64,000 nucleotides of DNA from Candidatus Latescibacterota bacterium (GCA_964291625.2 OZ220089.1:672001-736000), one strand, 5' to 3'. Positions 1 to 11,068 are shown, counted from the first letter of the stretch. Made by a program: numbers and translations. Notes: generated by a model not told the origin, from the sequence alone.

Positions 1-241
1 CCTGCGCTCCGGGGCGGACCTGCGTCCCCGGGAGACGGCTGCCTCGTGGCTCGGCAGCGACGGGGACGAGTCCTGCCTCTTCGGCAACCCCGAGGAGAGC
101 CGATCTCTCCTGCGCAGTGCCATGGAGCATGCCGGGTCCGTGGGCGTGCCCCTCGACGGCTGGGGTCAGCAGCAGCAGCTCACCCCCAAGGACAACCTCC
201 TCAAGGCGATCCGCGCCACTTGGCCGGATCTCGAGGACTGA
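1..241 (+). CDS. cas7: Type I-G Cas7 (Csb1), 3' end only
   Basis: Frame 2 reads LRSGADLRPRE...LTPKDNLLKAIRATWPDLED*. This resembles the Csb1 C-terminal LRSxCDL motif. Its TGA (239-241) overlaps the csb2 ATG. Confidence 0.75.
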   Translation, partial: LRSGADLRPRETAASWLGSDGDESCLFGNPEESRSLLRSAMEHAGSVGVPLDGWGQQQQLTPKDNLLKAIRATWPDLED

Positions 242-1659
242 TGCTCGCCGTCTCGGTAGAACTGCTGCACGGGACCTTTCGCGGCGACCCCGACGGCGCG
301 GCCAACACCGGCCAGTCGATCCGAGGGGAGTGGCCGCCCTCGCCGGCCCGCCTGTTCGCGGCGCTGGTCGCGGCGGACGGCACCGGGGAGCGCTGCCGGG
401 TAACCGACGGCACGGAACTGGAGTGGTTCGAGCAACTGCCGCCGCCAGAGATACATGCCCACGCGGAGCCATGGCATCAGCCGCTGCAACCGCGGTACGT
501 CGTCCAGCACAGGGGCACGGCCAGCAAGTCCACGCATCAGGAGTACGTCGGCCGTGTGGGTGCCCTCATCCGGCCAGGGGTGCGGGTTTCGCCGCGCCAT
601 CCCCAAGTGGTCTACGTCTGGAACCTCTCCCCGCCTGACGGGACGCTCTCGGCTCTACGGCGCCGCGCCTCCCGCGTCGGCTACCTCGGGGCCGCCGACT
701 CACCGGTGCGTGTGCGCGTCAGATCGGAAATGCCCGATGCAGCCGCCGACGCCTTCCATCCAGATCCAGACGGAGATCTGACGATCAACGTCCCGGCGCC
801 CGGCGATCTGGTCATCCTCGACCGGATGTACGCCGCCTGGTGCGAACACGGCGCCGACATCGGGCGCGCCCAGTTCCCGGCGCTACGCCATGAAGTCGCC
901 TACCGCTCACCGGGGTCCGTGGCCCCCGTGCAAGCCGACGCCGTTGTAGCGTGGCTGCGCCTCGAATCGGCGGTCTCCGGACGGAGAATCTCGACGGTGA
1001 CGGAATTGTTCAAGGCCGCCGTTCTCAGCTGGCATCAGGAAATCCACGGAGAGCCTCCGGCGATCCTGCACGGCCACGGGTTTCACGAGAAGGGCTACGA
1101 GATCGCTCGCTACCTTGCCCTGCCAGACGTCGGCTTCCGGAGGTCTCGAGGTCGCATTCACGGTCTTGCGCTCTGGCTGCCGGCCGACTCCGATCAGGTG
1201 GAACGTCGGCGGTGTCGCGATGCTGCCCTCGCCGTGCGCAGGCTCGCCGGCCGCGGCTTGGACATCTCCGTTTCACCTCACGATGACGAGCAGGGTCCCT
1301 GGGCCGCGAACCCGAAGCGCTGGGTCGCCATGTCGAAGCGCTGGGCTACGGCCTTCCCCGCGCTGCACGAACGCCGCGGGGACCTCGATCTGGCAGAGGT
1401 GGCGCGCTGGTGCCGTCACGCGGGCCTGCCCGAGCCCGTGGCCTTCCGGGGGACTCGCGGCCCTCTCGTCCCCGGAGCCGTAGACCTGGCCCCGGTAGAG
1501 GTCAACCGGCCGGGCCGGCCGGGCCTTCCCTACTCTCATGTCGAGATCCATTTCGCCGAGGCGGTCCGGGGGCCGGTGGTCATCGGCGCCGGGCGGCAGC
1601 GGGGCTTCGGCCTCTGCGTGCCGGTGCGGTCGGCGGATGAAGGGGACCCCGCATCTTGA
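241..1659 (+). CDS. csb2: Type I-G Csb2 (Cas5/Cas6 fusion)
   Basis: N-terminal EWPPSPARLFAALVA, YLGAADS, and a C-terminal Cas6-type Gly loop GPVVIGAGRQRGFGLC. The ATG at 241 is coupled to the upstream stop. Confidence 0.9.
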   Translation: MLAVSVELLHGTFRGDPDGAANTGQSIRGEWPPSPARLFAALVAADGTGERCRVTDGTELEWFEQLPPPEIHAHAEPWHQPLQPRYVVQHRGTASKSTHQEYVGRVGALIRPGVRVSPRHPQVVYVWNLSPPDGTLSALRRRASRVGYLGAADSPVRVRVRSEMPDAAADAFHPDPDGDLTINVPAPGDLVILDRMYAAWCEHGADIGRAQFPALRHEVAYRSPGSVAPVQADAVVAWLRLESAVSGRRISTVTELFKAAVLSWHQEIHGEPPAILHGHGFHEKGYEIARYLALPDVGFRRSRGRIHGLALWLPADSDQVERRRCRDAALAVRRLAGRGLDISVSPHDDEQGPWAANPKRWVAMSKRWATAFPALHERRGDLDLAEVARWCRHAGLPEPVAFRGTRGPLVPGAVDLAPVEVNRPGRPGLPYSHVEIHFAEAVRGPVVIGAGRQRGFGLCVPVRSADEGDPAS

Positions 1660-4472
1660 TGGGTGCCAAGAACCCGGATGCTCCGGTCCTGCCGCCCATG
1701 CCCGGCTTCGAGGAGTTCTATCGAGCCATCAACGGCCGTGATCCGTTTCCCTGGCAGGAGCGTCTGGCTGGCCAAGTCGCTCATTGCGAGAAGTGGCCTG
1801 GAGAGATAGGCGTCCCTACAGGTCTGGGGAAGACGGCCTGCCTGGACATCGCCGTCTGGTGGCTGGCCTCACAGGCAGACCGCCTGCCCGCGAACCGGAC
1901 GGCGCCGACCCGGGTCTGGTGGCTGGTCAATCGGCGGCTGCTCGTAGACGCCGTGACCGACCATGCCGAGGCCATGGGCAGGGCCCTTGCCGATCCGGCC
2001 TCCCATGGAATCGGTGATCGGGGTGCTGGTGTCCTGGCTGCGGTGGCTGAACGCTTGCGCTCGCTCTCCGCTGGCGCCGGCGCTGCCCCGCTGGAAGTGA
2101 TCCGCCTTCGCGGCGGAGTCCAATCGCGCCGCCCAACCGATCCGTCCACGCCCGCGGTCTTGCTGTCCACGCTACCCATGTACGGGTCCCGGCTGCTCTT
2201 CCGCGGCTATGGATCGACCCGGTCCATGCGCCCCATCGACGCCGCGATGGCCGGCACCGACAGCTTGGTCCTGCTGGACGAGGCGCACTTGGCGCCCCAC
2301 CTGCGGACCCTGATTTCCGCCCTCGCGGAATGCACGCCCGGCGCGCAGGCCACTATCGGTGAGGCTCGCTCGCGACCGAGCGTGGCAGCGTTGACGGCCA
2401 CTGGGAATGCGGGCGAGACCTCCCGGTTCGATCTCGACGCCTACGATGAGGCACACCCGGTCGTGCGGCAGCGGCTGGACGCGTCGAAACCGGTGGAGGT
2501 GCGTTCCTTCGACACCGGAGAGATCGGGCCTCGGCTGGCCGACGCGGCTCTCTCCCTGATCCAGGCGGCGCGCAACCCGGCGGCCTGCCTGGTGTTCGCC
2601 AACACTCCCGTCAACGCGAGGGCGGCCTTCCAGCAACTGCAGAAGGACGGAACGGCGGAGGTCCTGCTTCTGACCGGCCGCTCCAGGGAACGGGAGGCGG
2701 CGCAGACCCGGGCGCTGATTCTCGATCCGGTGGACGGCATGGCCGCCACGCGGGACCCCTCCGCCGCCCGCCAGCGTCATCTGATCGTCGTCGCCACCCA
2801 GACCCTGGAGGTCGGGGCCGATGTGGACGCGGAGTACCTCGTAACCGAGGCGTGCGGCGTGCGGGCGCTCACCCAGCGCCTCGGCCGACTCAACCGCCTG
2901 GGCCATCATGACCACGCCCGCGCCATCTACGTACACCTGCCGCCCAAGACGGTGAAGAAGCGAAAGCAGGCTGTCAGTGGATGGCCGGTCTACGGAGAGG
3001 AACCGCACACCGTGCGCGACAGGCTGCAGGCGGCCCTGGACAGAGACCGCTCGGTGACGGTCAACCTCTCGCCCCGCCGGATCTCCGGGGTGCTGGGGGC
3101 GCCGATCGATGATCCCGGTCGGGCGCCCGAAGTCCTGCCCGGAATCCTCTGGGAGTGGGTGAAGACCACCGCTCCTCCTGAAGGCGAGGCGCCCGTCGAG
3201 CCCTACTTCTCCGGCATCGCGGGCCCCGACTACTCGGTGTCGCTGATCTGGCGAGCCCATGTCCCCGATGGGGGCGAACTGTTGTGGCCGCGGGCCAGCG
3301 ACAAGGAGGCCGTCGAGGTCCCCATCGGCGAGGCCCGGGACGCCTTCGGCGACCAAGAGGATCTGCGCCGGATTGGGCCGGACGGGGTAACCGTGCAGGA
3401 GGTCGCCCGCGACGATATCCGGCCCGGAGACACCATCGTGTTGCCCTGCGACCGTGGGCTTCTGGATGAGTTCGGATGGGATCCGTCCTCCGCCTCGCCC
3501 GTCGTAGACATCTCCATCCTGGAGCACGGCCTGCCCCTGGAAGCCACAGCGCTTCAGAGGCTCTGCGGGATCTCCGTCGGTGATCTCGTCGACAAGGCCC
3601 TGGGGATCTCGGATGATGGTGGCGATGAGATCGACGAGGGCGAGCGGAACGAGGCGCTGGAAGAGATACTGACGGATCTGGCCGGCACAACGCCCCAGGG
3701 TTGGCACAGAGATGAATGGCAGGATCTGCTCGCCGCCCTGGACCGGCAGGTTCTCACAGCCCGCAAGGAGGTACCCCGGCTTGCCCGGCGCTCCCCCGGC
3801 CGGGACGGCCTAACCCTCAGCGACGAACTCGACGAGGTCTCGCTGACCGAGACCGCGGTCCTGCTGGATGGCCACTGCCAAGCAGTCGCCCTGCGCGCGC
3901 GCCAGATCGCCGTTCGTCTGGGCCTTCCGGACGACTTGGCACAAGTCCTGGAGCGCTCCGGCGCCCTGCACGACATCGGCAAGTCGGACCCGCGGTTCCA
4001 GCGCTGGCTCGATCCCGAGGAGAGAGCCGCTGGCGTCAAGGTGGCCAAGTCGAACATGCCTCGTCACCTGTGGAATGGCGCCCGCGTAGCGGCCGGGTGG
4101 CCTGCCGGAGGCCGGCACGAAGAATTGTCGGCCCGACTCGTCCGCCGTCGGCTGGAACTGGGCCCAAGCTCCTGTGACTCGGGCCTCCAGGACCTGCTCC
4201 TGCACCTTGTCATCAGCCATCACGGCAGCGGGCGGCCGCTCCTGCCGCCGGTCGATGACGCAACCAGCACCGTCGTCGCCGAGATGATCGAAGGGAAACT
4301 CGTGGAAGCGCCGGCTGACCTCGCTCTCGTCGACTGGGATCAACCCGCCCGGTTCCGGCGCTTGTGCGACCGCTTCGGCCCTTGGGGACTGGCCCTGCTC
4401 GAGGCAATCCTGCGCCAGTCGGACCATGCGGTCTCGGCGGGCACCGACGTCGGCCATGCGGAGGTACGCTGA
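1659..4472 (+). CDS. cas3: Type I-G Cas3 helicase/nuclease with C-terminal HD domain
   Basis: PFPWQ, Walker A PTGLGKT, DEAH, ATQTLEVGAD and QRLGRLNR. The HD motifs LHDIGK and ISHHG lie C-terminal, as in I-G. Confidence 0.93.
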   Translation: MGAKNPDAPVLPPMPGFEEFYRAINGRDPFPWQERLAGQVAHCEKWPGEIGVPTGLGKTACLDIAVWWLASQADRLPANRTAPTRVWWLVNRRLLVDAVTDHAEAMGRALADPASHGIGDRGAGVLAAVAERLRSLSAGAGAAPLEVIRLRGGVQSRRPTDPSTPAVLLSTLPMYGSRLLFRGYGSTRSMRPIDAAMAGTDSLVLLDEAHLAPHLRTLISALAECTPGAQATIGEARSRPSVAALTATGNAGETSRFDLDAYDEAHPVVRQRLDASKPVEVRSFDTGEIGPRLADAALSLIQAARNPAACLVFANTPVNARAAFQQLQKDGTAEVLLLTGRSREREAAQTRALILDPVDGMAATRDPSAARQRHLIVVATQTLEVGADVDAEYLVTEACGVRALTQRLGRLNRLGHHDHARAIYVHLPPKTVKKRKQAVSGWPVYGEEPHTVRDRLQAALDRDRSVTVNLSPRRISGVLGAPIDDPGRAPEVLPGILWEWVKTTAPPEGEAPVEPYFSGIAGPDYSVSLIWRAHVPDGGELLWPRASDKEAVEVPIGEARDAFGDQEDLRRIGPDGVTVQEVARDDIRPGDTIVLPCDRGLLDEFGWDPSSASPVVDISILEHGLPLEATALQRLCGISVGDLVDKALGISDDGGDEIDEGERNEALEEILTDLAGTTPQGWHRDEWQDLLAALDRQVLTARKEVPRLARRSPGRDGLTLSDELDEVSLTETAVLLDGHCQAVALRARQIAVRLGLPDDLAQVLERSGALHDIGKSDPRFQRWLDPEERAAGVKVAKSNMPRHLWNGARVAAGWPAGGRHEELSARLVRRRLELGPSSCDSGLQDLLLHLVISHHGSGRPLLPPVDDATSTVVAEMIEGKLVEAPADLALVDWDQPARFRRLCDRFGPWGLALLEAILRQSDHAVSAGTDVGHAEVR

Positions 4473-5371
4473 TGCCCAGCGTGACATGCCCAGGCCTGCA
4501 GGCGTCCTGGCTCAACGGATGGCTGGCCGCGGTGGGAGCCACGGTGCTCGACACCCGGATCCGCCTTCACTGGACGGAGGACAGCACTCCCGCGGCTGTC
4601 CTTTCAGCAGAGGATACCGACCCCGTGGGGGCGCTGGTCGCTGCCTGGCCGGAGAAGACCCGGTTGGTGGACATGCCGATTGCGGAGACTTGGAGGGGCG
4701 CCGGGCTGTTGCGCCGCAAGGTCTCCGTCGAAGAATTCTCTGTCCGAGCCCGAGCCGCACGCGGTCACGATCATGCGTGGACCCTCTCCTCAACCATGAC
4801 CGACTTGTGCGTCGACCAAAACGGCGAGGTGGCTCATGCTCCCTTCGATCCTGCGGGCCCAGGTACGATCAAGTGGATGCATCATCGGCTGCTGAAGGTC
4901 CATGCGCAGGCAGAGACGACCATCGGACGCATCCGCGAATCCCTTGAGGGTTGCGCCATCCGGGTGAAGGACAACGGCCTTGGCTTCGACCAGACGAGAC
5001 TGGGTTCCCAGTCGGATACCACCTCCATCTGGGTCGACCCTGTGGTCGAGGTACTCGCCTTCTTCGGCCTCGCGATCCTGCCGGTGCGGGGTTCCGGCAT
5101 CGACAGGCGGCTGGGAGCCTCCTTCCTGTCTCGCGAGATTCAGAGAGGATGGCGGACAAACGCCGGGGATAGCCCTGGACGTCGCTTCATGTGGCCAGCT
5201 TGGAGTCAGCCCTTGGACTCGCCCGGGATCGACGCTCTCCTGGACGCATGGACGCCTGACAGAAGGGATCTCTGGCCGCGAACGGGGGTCCATGCCGCCT
5301 GGCAGACTGTCCAGTTCCAGCCCAGAGGATCGGCCGATACGACTCGCGCCTTTGGGGCGGCGCGGTTGTGA
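4472..5371 (+). CDS. Small Cas8g/Csb3-like large subunit (~299 aa)
   Basis: ATG overlaps the cas3 stop. N-terminal NGWLAAVG, later DPVVEVLAFFGLAILPV and FMWPAWSQPL resemble Cas8g/Csb3 motifs. It occupies the cas8 slot of the operon. Confidence 0.65.
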   Translation: MPSVTCPGLQASWLNGWLAAVGATVLDTRIRLHWTEDSTPAAVLSAEDTDPVGALVAAWPEKTRLVDMPIAETWRGAGLLRRKVSVEEFSVRARAARGHDHAWTLSSTMTDLCVDQNGEVAHAPFDPAGPGTIKWMHHRLLKVHAQAETTIGRIRESLEGCAIRVKDNGLGFDQTRLGSQSDTTSIWVDPVVEVLAFFGLAILPVRGSGIDRRLGASFLSREIQRGWRTNAGDSPGRRFMWPAWSQPLDSPGIDALLDAWTPDRRDLWPRTGVHAAWQTVQFQPRGSADTTRAFGAARL

Positions 5372-5985
5372 CCGACGAACCGATTGTCCCCATCTCCGCC
5401 CTTGAGCACTACGTCTACTGCCCCCGGCAGTGCGCCCTGATCCACTGCGACGGCGTATGGAGCGACAACGCCCATACGGTCAGAGGTTCCCATGCGCACC
5501 GCCGCGTCGACAGTGGACGACATCGGCGTGAACGAGGGCGGCAGGTGCTCCGGGCCATCCCCCTTTGGTCGGAGAGGCTGGGCCTGTCAGGACGTGCGGA
5601 CGCGGTCGAGATGGAGCAAGGGGAGGTGTGGCCGGTCGAGTACAAGGCGGGCGTACGGCATGGCAAGGCCGCCGACATGCAGCTCTGCGCTCAGGCCATG
5701 TGCCTCGAAGAGATGCTCGGCGTCGGCATATCGCACGGCTACGTGTGGTACGGCGGACCACGACGCCGCGTTCAGGTCGATTTCACCTCGCAACTGCGTA
5801 GCGAGGTGGAGGCAACCATCGATGACATCCGGCGGCAGCTGCTGGCGGCCATTCTGCCGGAAGCCCCGAACGATGCCCGGTGCGCTGAGTGCCAGCTGCA
5901 GAACCACTGCCTGCCTGGGTTGACGAGCGCTCCTCAAAGGGTCAGCAGGTACATGACCAACGCTGTATTCCAATGCGCTACCTGA
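5368..5985 (+). CDS. cas4: CRISPR-associated exonuclease Cas4
   Basis: YCPRQ, RecB-type GRAD...VEYK, QLCAQ, and C-terminal Fe-S cysteines CAECQLQNHC. Confidence 0.93.
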   Translation: MTDEPIVPISALEHYVYCPRQCALIHCDGVWSDNAHTVRGSHAHRRVDSGRHRRERGRQVLRAIPLWSERLGLSGRADAVEMEQGEVWPVEYKAGVRHGKAADMQLCAQAMCLEEMLGVGISHGYVWYGGPRRRVQVDFTSQLRSEVEATIDDIRRQLLAAILPEAPNDARCAECQLQNHCLPGLTSAPQRVSRYMTNAVFQCAT

Positions 5986-6989
5986 GCACGGTCTACGTCC
6001 GCGACCATCGAGCCCGGGTGAAGCATCGGCGCGGTTCCCTTCTGGTATCCTCGCCCGAAGGCAGTCAACGGATACCCCTGGAAGCCATCGATTCGGTGGT
6101 CATGCTGGGCAGCGGGCAGATCACCAGCCAGGCATTGGAAGCCTGCGTGCAGCGCGGCGTCCGGGTCGCCGCGTTGAGGATGAGCGGAGCGGTCCGGTAT
6201 GTCGTCGGGGCGCCTACGGGCGGCAACGTCCACTTGCGAATGGCCCTGTACCGGGCGGTGGCAGATGCCGCTCACTCGCTGACACTGTCGAAGGCGATCG
6301 TAGCGGCCAAACTGCAGAACAGCAGGAAGGTTGTCGATCGCTGGTCGCGAGATGAAGGAGACCCGGACGCGACACTCCGCTTGTCCGAGTGCGCTGAGCA
6401 GATACTGGGCCGGATTCCGCGGCTGGGAGAAGTCGACACCCCCGACCTCGTTCGTGGCGTCGAAGGAGATGCCGCGAGAGCGTACTTCGGCGCGGTTGCT
6501 CAGGTCGTTTCCAAGAGCGGCTTGCCATTCTCGCGGCGCACGCGGCGACCGCCCCGCGACCCGGTCAATGCCATGCTCGGCTTCTGTTACGGCCTGCTCG
6601 TCACAGAGTACATCGGGGCGGTAGAGAGCGTCGGGCTCGACTACCAGATGGGGTTCTTTCACCGCCCCCGTTCCGGCAGACCCTCCCTTGCCCTCGATCT
6701 TGCCGAGGAGCTCCGAGCACTGACGGACCGCTTCGTCGTCACCCTGGTCCGACGCAAGCAGGTTGGGCCCGAGGATTTCATCCGCACCCCCGGTGGCGGG
6801 GTGTACATGACCGATGAGGGGAGGACCGCCTTGATCAAGGCATGGGAGGCCCACAAGGAAGAAGAGATCTCTCATTCCATTCTGGATCGACGCATAGGCA
6901 GGTGGGCCTTGCCATCGGTGCAGGCCACCCTCCTGGCCCGTCACCTTCGCGGCGATCTTCCGGCATACCCACCCTACGTCTTGCCGTAG
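5973..6989 (+). CDS. cas1: CRISPR-associated endonuclease Cas1
   Basis: RGVEGDAARAYF, RRPPRDPVNAMLGFCY, GFFH and SLALDLAEELR. Start placed at ATG 5973 (MRYLSTVYV). Confidence 0.95.
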   Translation: MRYLSTVYVRDHRARVKHRRGSLLVSSPEGSQRIPLEAIDSVVMLGSGQITSQALEACVQRGVRVAALRMSGAVRYVVGAPTGGNVHLRMALYRAVADAAHSLTLSKAIVAAKLQNSRKVVDRWSRDEGDPDATLRLSECAEQILGRIPRLGEVDTPDLVRGVEGDAARAYFGAVAQVVSKSGLPFSRRTRRPPRDPVNAMLGFCYGLLVTEYIGAVESVGLDYQMGFFHRPRSGRPSLALDLAEELRALTDRFVVTLVRRKQVGPEDFIRTPGGGVYMTDEGRTALIKAWEAHKEEEISHSILDRRIGRWALPSVQATLLARHLRGDLPAYPPYVLP

Positions 6990-6990
6990 C

Positions 6991-7281
6991 ATGGACGTCC
7001 TGGTCACCTACGATATCGCCGACACCGAAGGGGCCGGAGCGAGACGGCTCAGACGCATCGCCGAAGTCTGCGAGAAGTACGGGCAGCGCGTGCAACTGTC
7101 CGTCTTCGAGTGCCGTCTCTCCCCCGAGCGGCTCGCTCGCATGGTAACCGAGCTCCAGGACACCATCGACAGTCGCCGTGATTCGGTGATCGTCTACCGG
7201 TTCCCCGGCCAAATGAAGGACGCCAGACTGCGCTTCGGTCGAAGCCAAGTCCACGAAGTAGGCCAGCCCTGGGTCCTCTGA
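6991..7281 (+). CDS. cas2: CRISPR-associated endoribonuclease Cas2
   Basis: VLVTYDI, RVQLSVFEC and DSVIVY. Confidence 0.95.
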   Translation: MDVLVTYDIADTEGAGARRLRRIAEVCEKYGQRVQLSVFECRLSPERLARMVTELQDTIDSRRDSVIVYRFPGQMKDARLRFGRSQVHEVGQPWVL

Positions 7282-7482
7282 CCGCTTGCGAACCCCGGGT
7301 GATCCCTGGAAGCCGGGGACAGACCGCCTCATCCATGGAGATTTCTACCCCCTCAGGCTTGTTTTCTGAGGAATTGGAGTGCACATATCCGCAACTCTTG
7401 CCTCCTGCTGCCATTCCCGAGCTTTCTACTCCCGCACAGGGGCCTCGTTTGGTGGAAATCCCCCCTTTCTGCAGCAATAGCA
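7282..7482 (+). promoter_or_regulatory. CRISPR leader
   Basis: Relatively AT-richer ~200 bp between cas2 and repeat 1. The degenerate repeats are at the far end of the array, so this end is the leader. Confidence 0.75.
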
Positions 7483-10400
7483 GTGTCGCCGGGGTGAACG
7501 CCCCGGCCTTCGTTGAGCGTCTGGTGGCAATGGCGGTTAATGGGGTGATCCTCGCGTGTCGCCGGGGTGAACGCCCCGGCCTTCGTTGAGCGGGTCGGGC
7601 GCCCTTCGGTTATGCGGCCGATGTCCTGTGTCGCCGGGGTGAACGCCCCGGCCTTCGTTGAGCGGTGTCAGGCCGCGGCGGAGACGCTGTTGCTGTGTCG
7701 CCGGGGTGAACGCCCCGGCCTTCGTTGAGCGGTGGAACTTTGAGGGAGGTGCATAATGCGCCACCGGGGTGTCGCCGGGGTGAACGCCCCGGCCTTCGTT
7801 GAGCGCGGAAGCGCAGGCGGTGAAGTGGTGCAAGGGCACGGGTGTCGCCGGGGTGAACGCCCCGGCCTTCGTTGAGCGGGTCTGGGCAATGGGTGATTCC
7901 CGGGAGATCCGAGGTGTCGCCGGGGTGAACGCCCCGGCCTTCGTTGAGCGGCATTGCCGACCGGCTCCGGCGATGGGACTGTCGTGTGTCGCCGGGGTGA
8001 ACGCCCCGGCCTTCGTTGAGCGTCGTTCTACATGATCTACAACGTGACCGGCGTGTGGGTGTCGCCGGGGTGAACGCCCCGGCCTTCGTTGAGCGGCCGT
8101 GTTGAGCGCCACAGGAACCCTGCCGTCGGAGTGTCGCCGGGGTGAACGCCCCGGCCTTCGTTGAGCGCGCCAGCTGCCGGAGGAGACGCGCCGAGAGGTC
8201 ATCGGGTGTCGCCGGGGTGAACGCCCCGGCCTTCGTTGAGCGATCTGGCATCAGGTCGCTAGCATTGAGGATATGGTCGTGTCGCCGGGGTGAACGCCCC
8301 GGCCTTCGTTGAGCGCGCCTGTCCCCCGTGGACGTGCCCGCGGCGACGGAGTGTGTCGCCGGGGTGAACGCCCCGGCCTTCGTTGAGCGAAGAAGGCTCT
8401 GTATGACTTCGCCACGATGGTGCAGGGGTGTCGCCGGGGTGAACGCCCCGGCCTTCGTTGAGCGCAGAACAAGGCCCTCGGCGAGCTGGTGCCGCGGGTG
8501 TGTCGCCGGGGTGAACGCCCCGGCCTTCGTTGAGCGCAGGCCGTCCTCGACGACTTCCGGGACAACCAGGGGGGTGTCGCCGGGGTGAACGCCCCGGCCT
8601 TCGTTGAGCGTCGACCACGACGTAGCCCTTCGGCCCCTTCGCGCACGTGTCGCCGGGGTGAACGCCCCGGCCTTCGTTGAGCGTTCGCGCACGTCGTGGA
8701 TATAGTAAACGACCCCCGGTGTCGCCGGGGTGAACGCCCCGGCCTTCGTTGAGCGACCCAGGTGCTGCTGGCGGGCATCCTGGCCTTGCTTGTGTCGCCG
8801 GGGTGAACGCCCCGGCCTTCGTTGAGCGCCCACGGAGGCGGTGCCCCTCCCTCGGTCTCATGGAGGTGTCGCCGGGGTGAACGCCCCGGCCTTCGTTGAG
8901 CGCTGCGCAGCAACAGCCCGCGGGTGCCGCCCGATCCGGGCGCGTGTCGCCGGGGTGAACGCCCCGGCCTTCGTTGAGCGACCTGGAAGCTGGACGTGCC
9001 AACGTCGATGCCCGGTGTCGCCGGGGTGAACGCCCCGGCCTTCGTTGAGCGGTGCAGGAAGCCAGCGGCCGCGGGGCGGACGTGGACGTGTCGCCGGGGT
9101 GAACGCCCCGGCCTTCGTTGAGCGTTCTACTTCTCCGAGAGCATGGATCGCGTGCAGGAGGTGTCGCCGGGGTGAACGCCCCGGCCTTCGTTGAGCGCGC
9201 CGCATCCGGAAGGATCTCGGCCTGACGCTGGCAGTGTCGCCGGGGTGAACGCCCCGGCCTTCGTTGAGCGTCGGTGATGTGGAACGCCTCGGGACACGCC
9301 TCGGGGGTGTGTCGCCGGGGTGAACGCCCCGGCCTTCGTTGAGCGGGGGCCGCAGCACCCCCCCGACCTTGATTTCCGTATCGTGTCGCCGGGGTGAACG
9401 CCCCGGCCTTCGTTGAGCGACGCCGACCGAGGTCACCTACGACGCCGACGCCGAGTGTCGCCGGGGTGAACGCCCCGGCCTTCGTTGAGCGCGGCAGCAG
9501 CAGCGGGGGCAGCGCCTGCGCCCCATGTGTCGCCGGGGTGAACGCCCCGGCCTTCGTTGAGCGGTCAACGCGATCGATCCGGACCCGCAGAAGTGCGTGG
9601 TGTCGCCGGGGTGAACGCCCCGGCCTTCGTTGAGCGAACGTCCAGCTCACCGGCACCGTGGAGCGCCCCGAGTGTCGCCGGGGTGAACGCCCCGGCCTTC
9701 GTTGAGCGCGGAAAGCCAGGGCGACGCCCCAGAGCAGGGCATGGTGTCGCCGGGGTGAACGCCCCGGCCTTCGTTGAGCGCTCTTCCATCAGTTCAATGG
9801 CTCCGTGTACGTCCAGTGTCGCCGGGGTGAACGCCCCGGCCTTCGTTGAGCGCCGCAAGGTGTCGACGCACGTCCCGGTGACCCGCGAGTGTCGCCGGGG
9901 TGAACGCCCCGGCCTTCGTTGAGCGGGCGTAGGCAACGCCGGCTTGCCCTTGATCGAGACGTGTCGCCGGGGTGAACGCCCCGGCCTTCGTTGAGCGGAG
10001 GACGAAATCAGGAGGCACTGATGCCGACGCTCGCGTGTCGCCGGGGTGAACGCCCCGGCCTTCGTTGAGCGCCTTCCGCCCTTCCCCTTTGCCCGGCCGC
10101 CGTAGGGGCGTGTCGCCGGGGTGAACGCCCCGGCCTTCGTTGAGCGTACGTCAACATCGAGGATGCTCCCCAGGACTACCAGGTGTCGCCGGGGTGAACG
10201 CCCCGGCCTTCGTTGAGCGAGGACGGCCAGGTGCAGGTCACGAAGAAAGTCGGGCGAGTGTCGCCGGGGTGAACGCCCCGGCCTTCGTTGAGCGGTCTGC
10301 AAGGTCACGTCCTCGACTTCCGCCGATCCGTGTGTCGCCGGGGTGAACGCCCCGGCCTTCGTTGAGCGTGGGACGGCAAGGCCGGGGCCTTCGTCAGTCC

Positions 10401-11068
10401 CGAGTGTCGCCGGGGTGAACGCCCCGGCCTTCGTTGAGCGATCCGGGAGTGGTTCCGGACCGGCGGCAAGGCGAGAGTGTCGCCGGGGTGAACGCCCCGG
10501 CCTTCGTTGAGCGTGCCCCGTCTCGGTGGCGGCCTGTTCCACTTCGCGGGCGTGTCGCCGGGGTGAACGCCCCGGCCTTCGTTGAGCGGGGCCGGAAGTC
10601 TCGCCCCTTAACCTATCCTTGCCCGTGTGTCGCCGGGGTGAAAGCCCCGGCCTTCGTTGAGCGCTACCCTTGCCCGTGCAAGGTGGACAGTGCCACACAT
10701 TGTGTCGCCGGGGTGAACGGCCCGGCCTTCGTTGAGCGGAGTGGGTGGACCACGACGACGACACTTGAACCTGTGTCGCCGGGGTGAAAGCCCCGGCCTT
10801 CGTTGAGCGCGGATGGTCTCGAGGGTGGTCTGCGCGAGGAGGTAGGTGTCGCCGGGGTGAGCGCCCCGGCCTTCGTTGAACGGTCAATGGTGTCGCCGGG
10901 GTGAACGCCCGGCCCTCGTTGAGCGTTTCCCTTTGACAACCATTGGTCACAGTACGGGCGCGTCTCCGGGGTGAACGCCCCGGCCCGTTGAGCGTTGACG
11001 GTGATGTCTCGCCAGCGCTGAAGGATCCGGGGTGTCGTCGCGGTGAGAGCCCCCGCCACCGTTGAGCG
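7483..11068 (+). CRISPR. CRISPR array, 50 repeats / 49 spacers; 37-bp repeat GTGTCGCCGGGGTGAACGCCCCGGCCTTCGTTGAGCG
   Basis: Manual count gives 43 identical repeats, then 7 variant repeats from 10627. The repeat has the hairpin GCCGGGG/CCCCGGC. Spacers are 30-41 bp, except one 7-bp remnant. Confidence 0.98.

Noticed and set aside
9420-9454. Spacer sharing GGTCACCTACGA with cas2 (~7002) and with 46191
   Set aside because: Only a ~12-nt match in GC-rich coding-like DNA. I saw no full self-target by eye, though this was not an exhaustive search.
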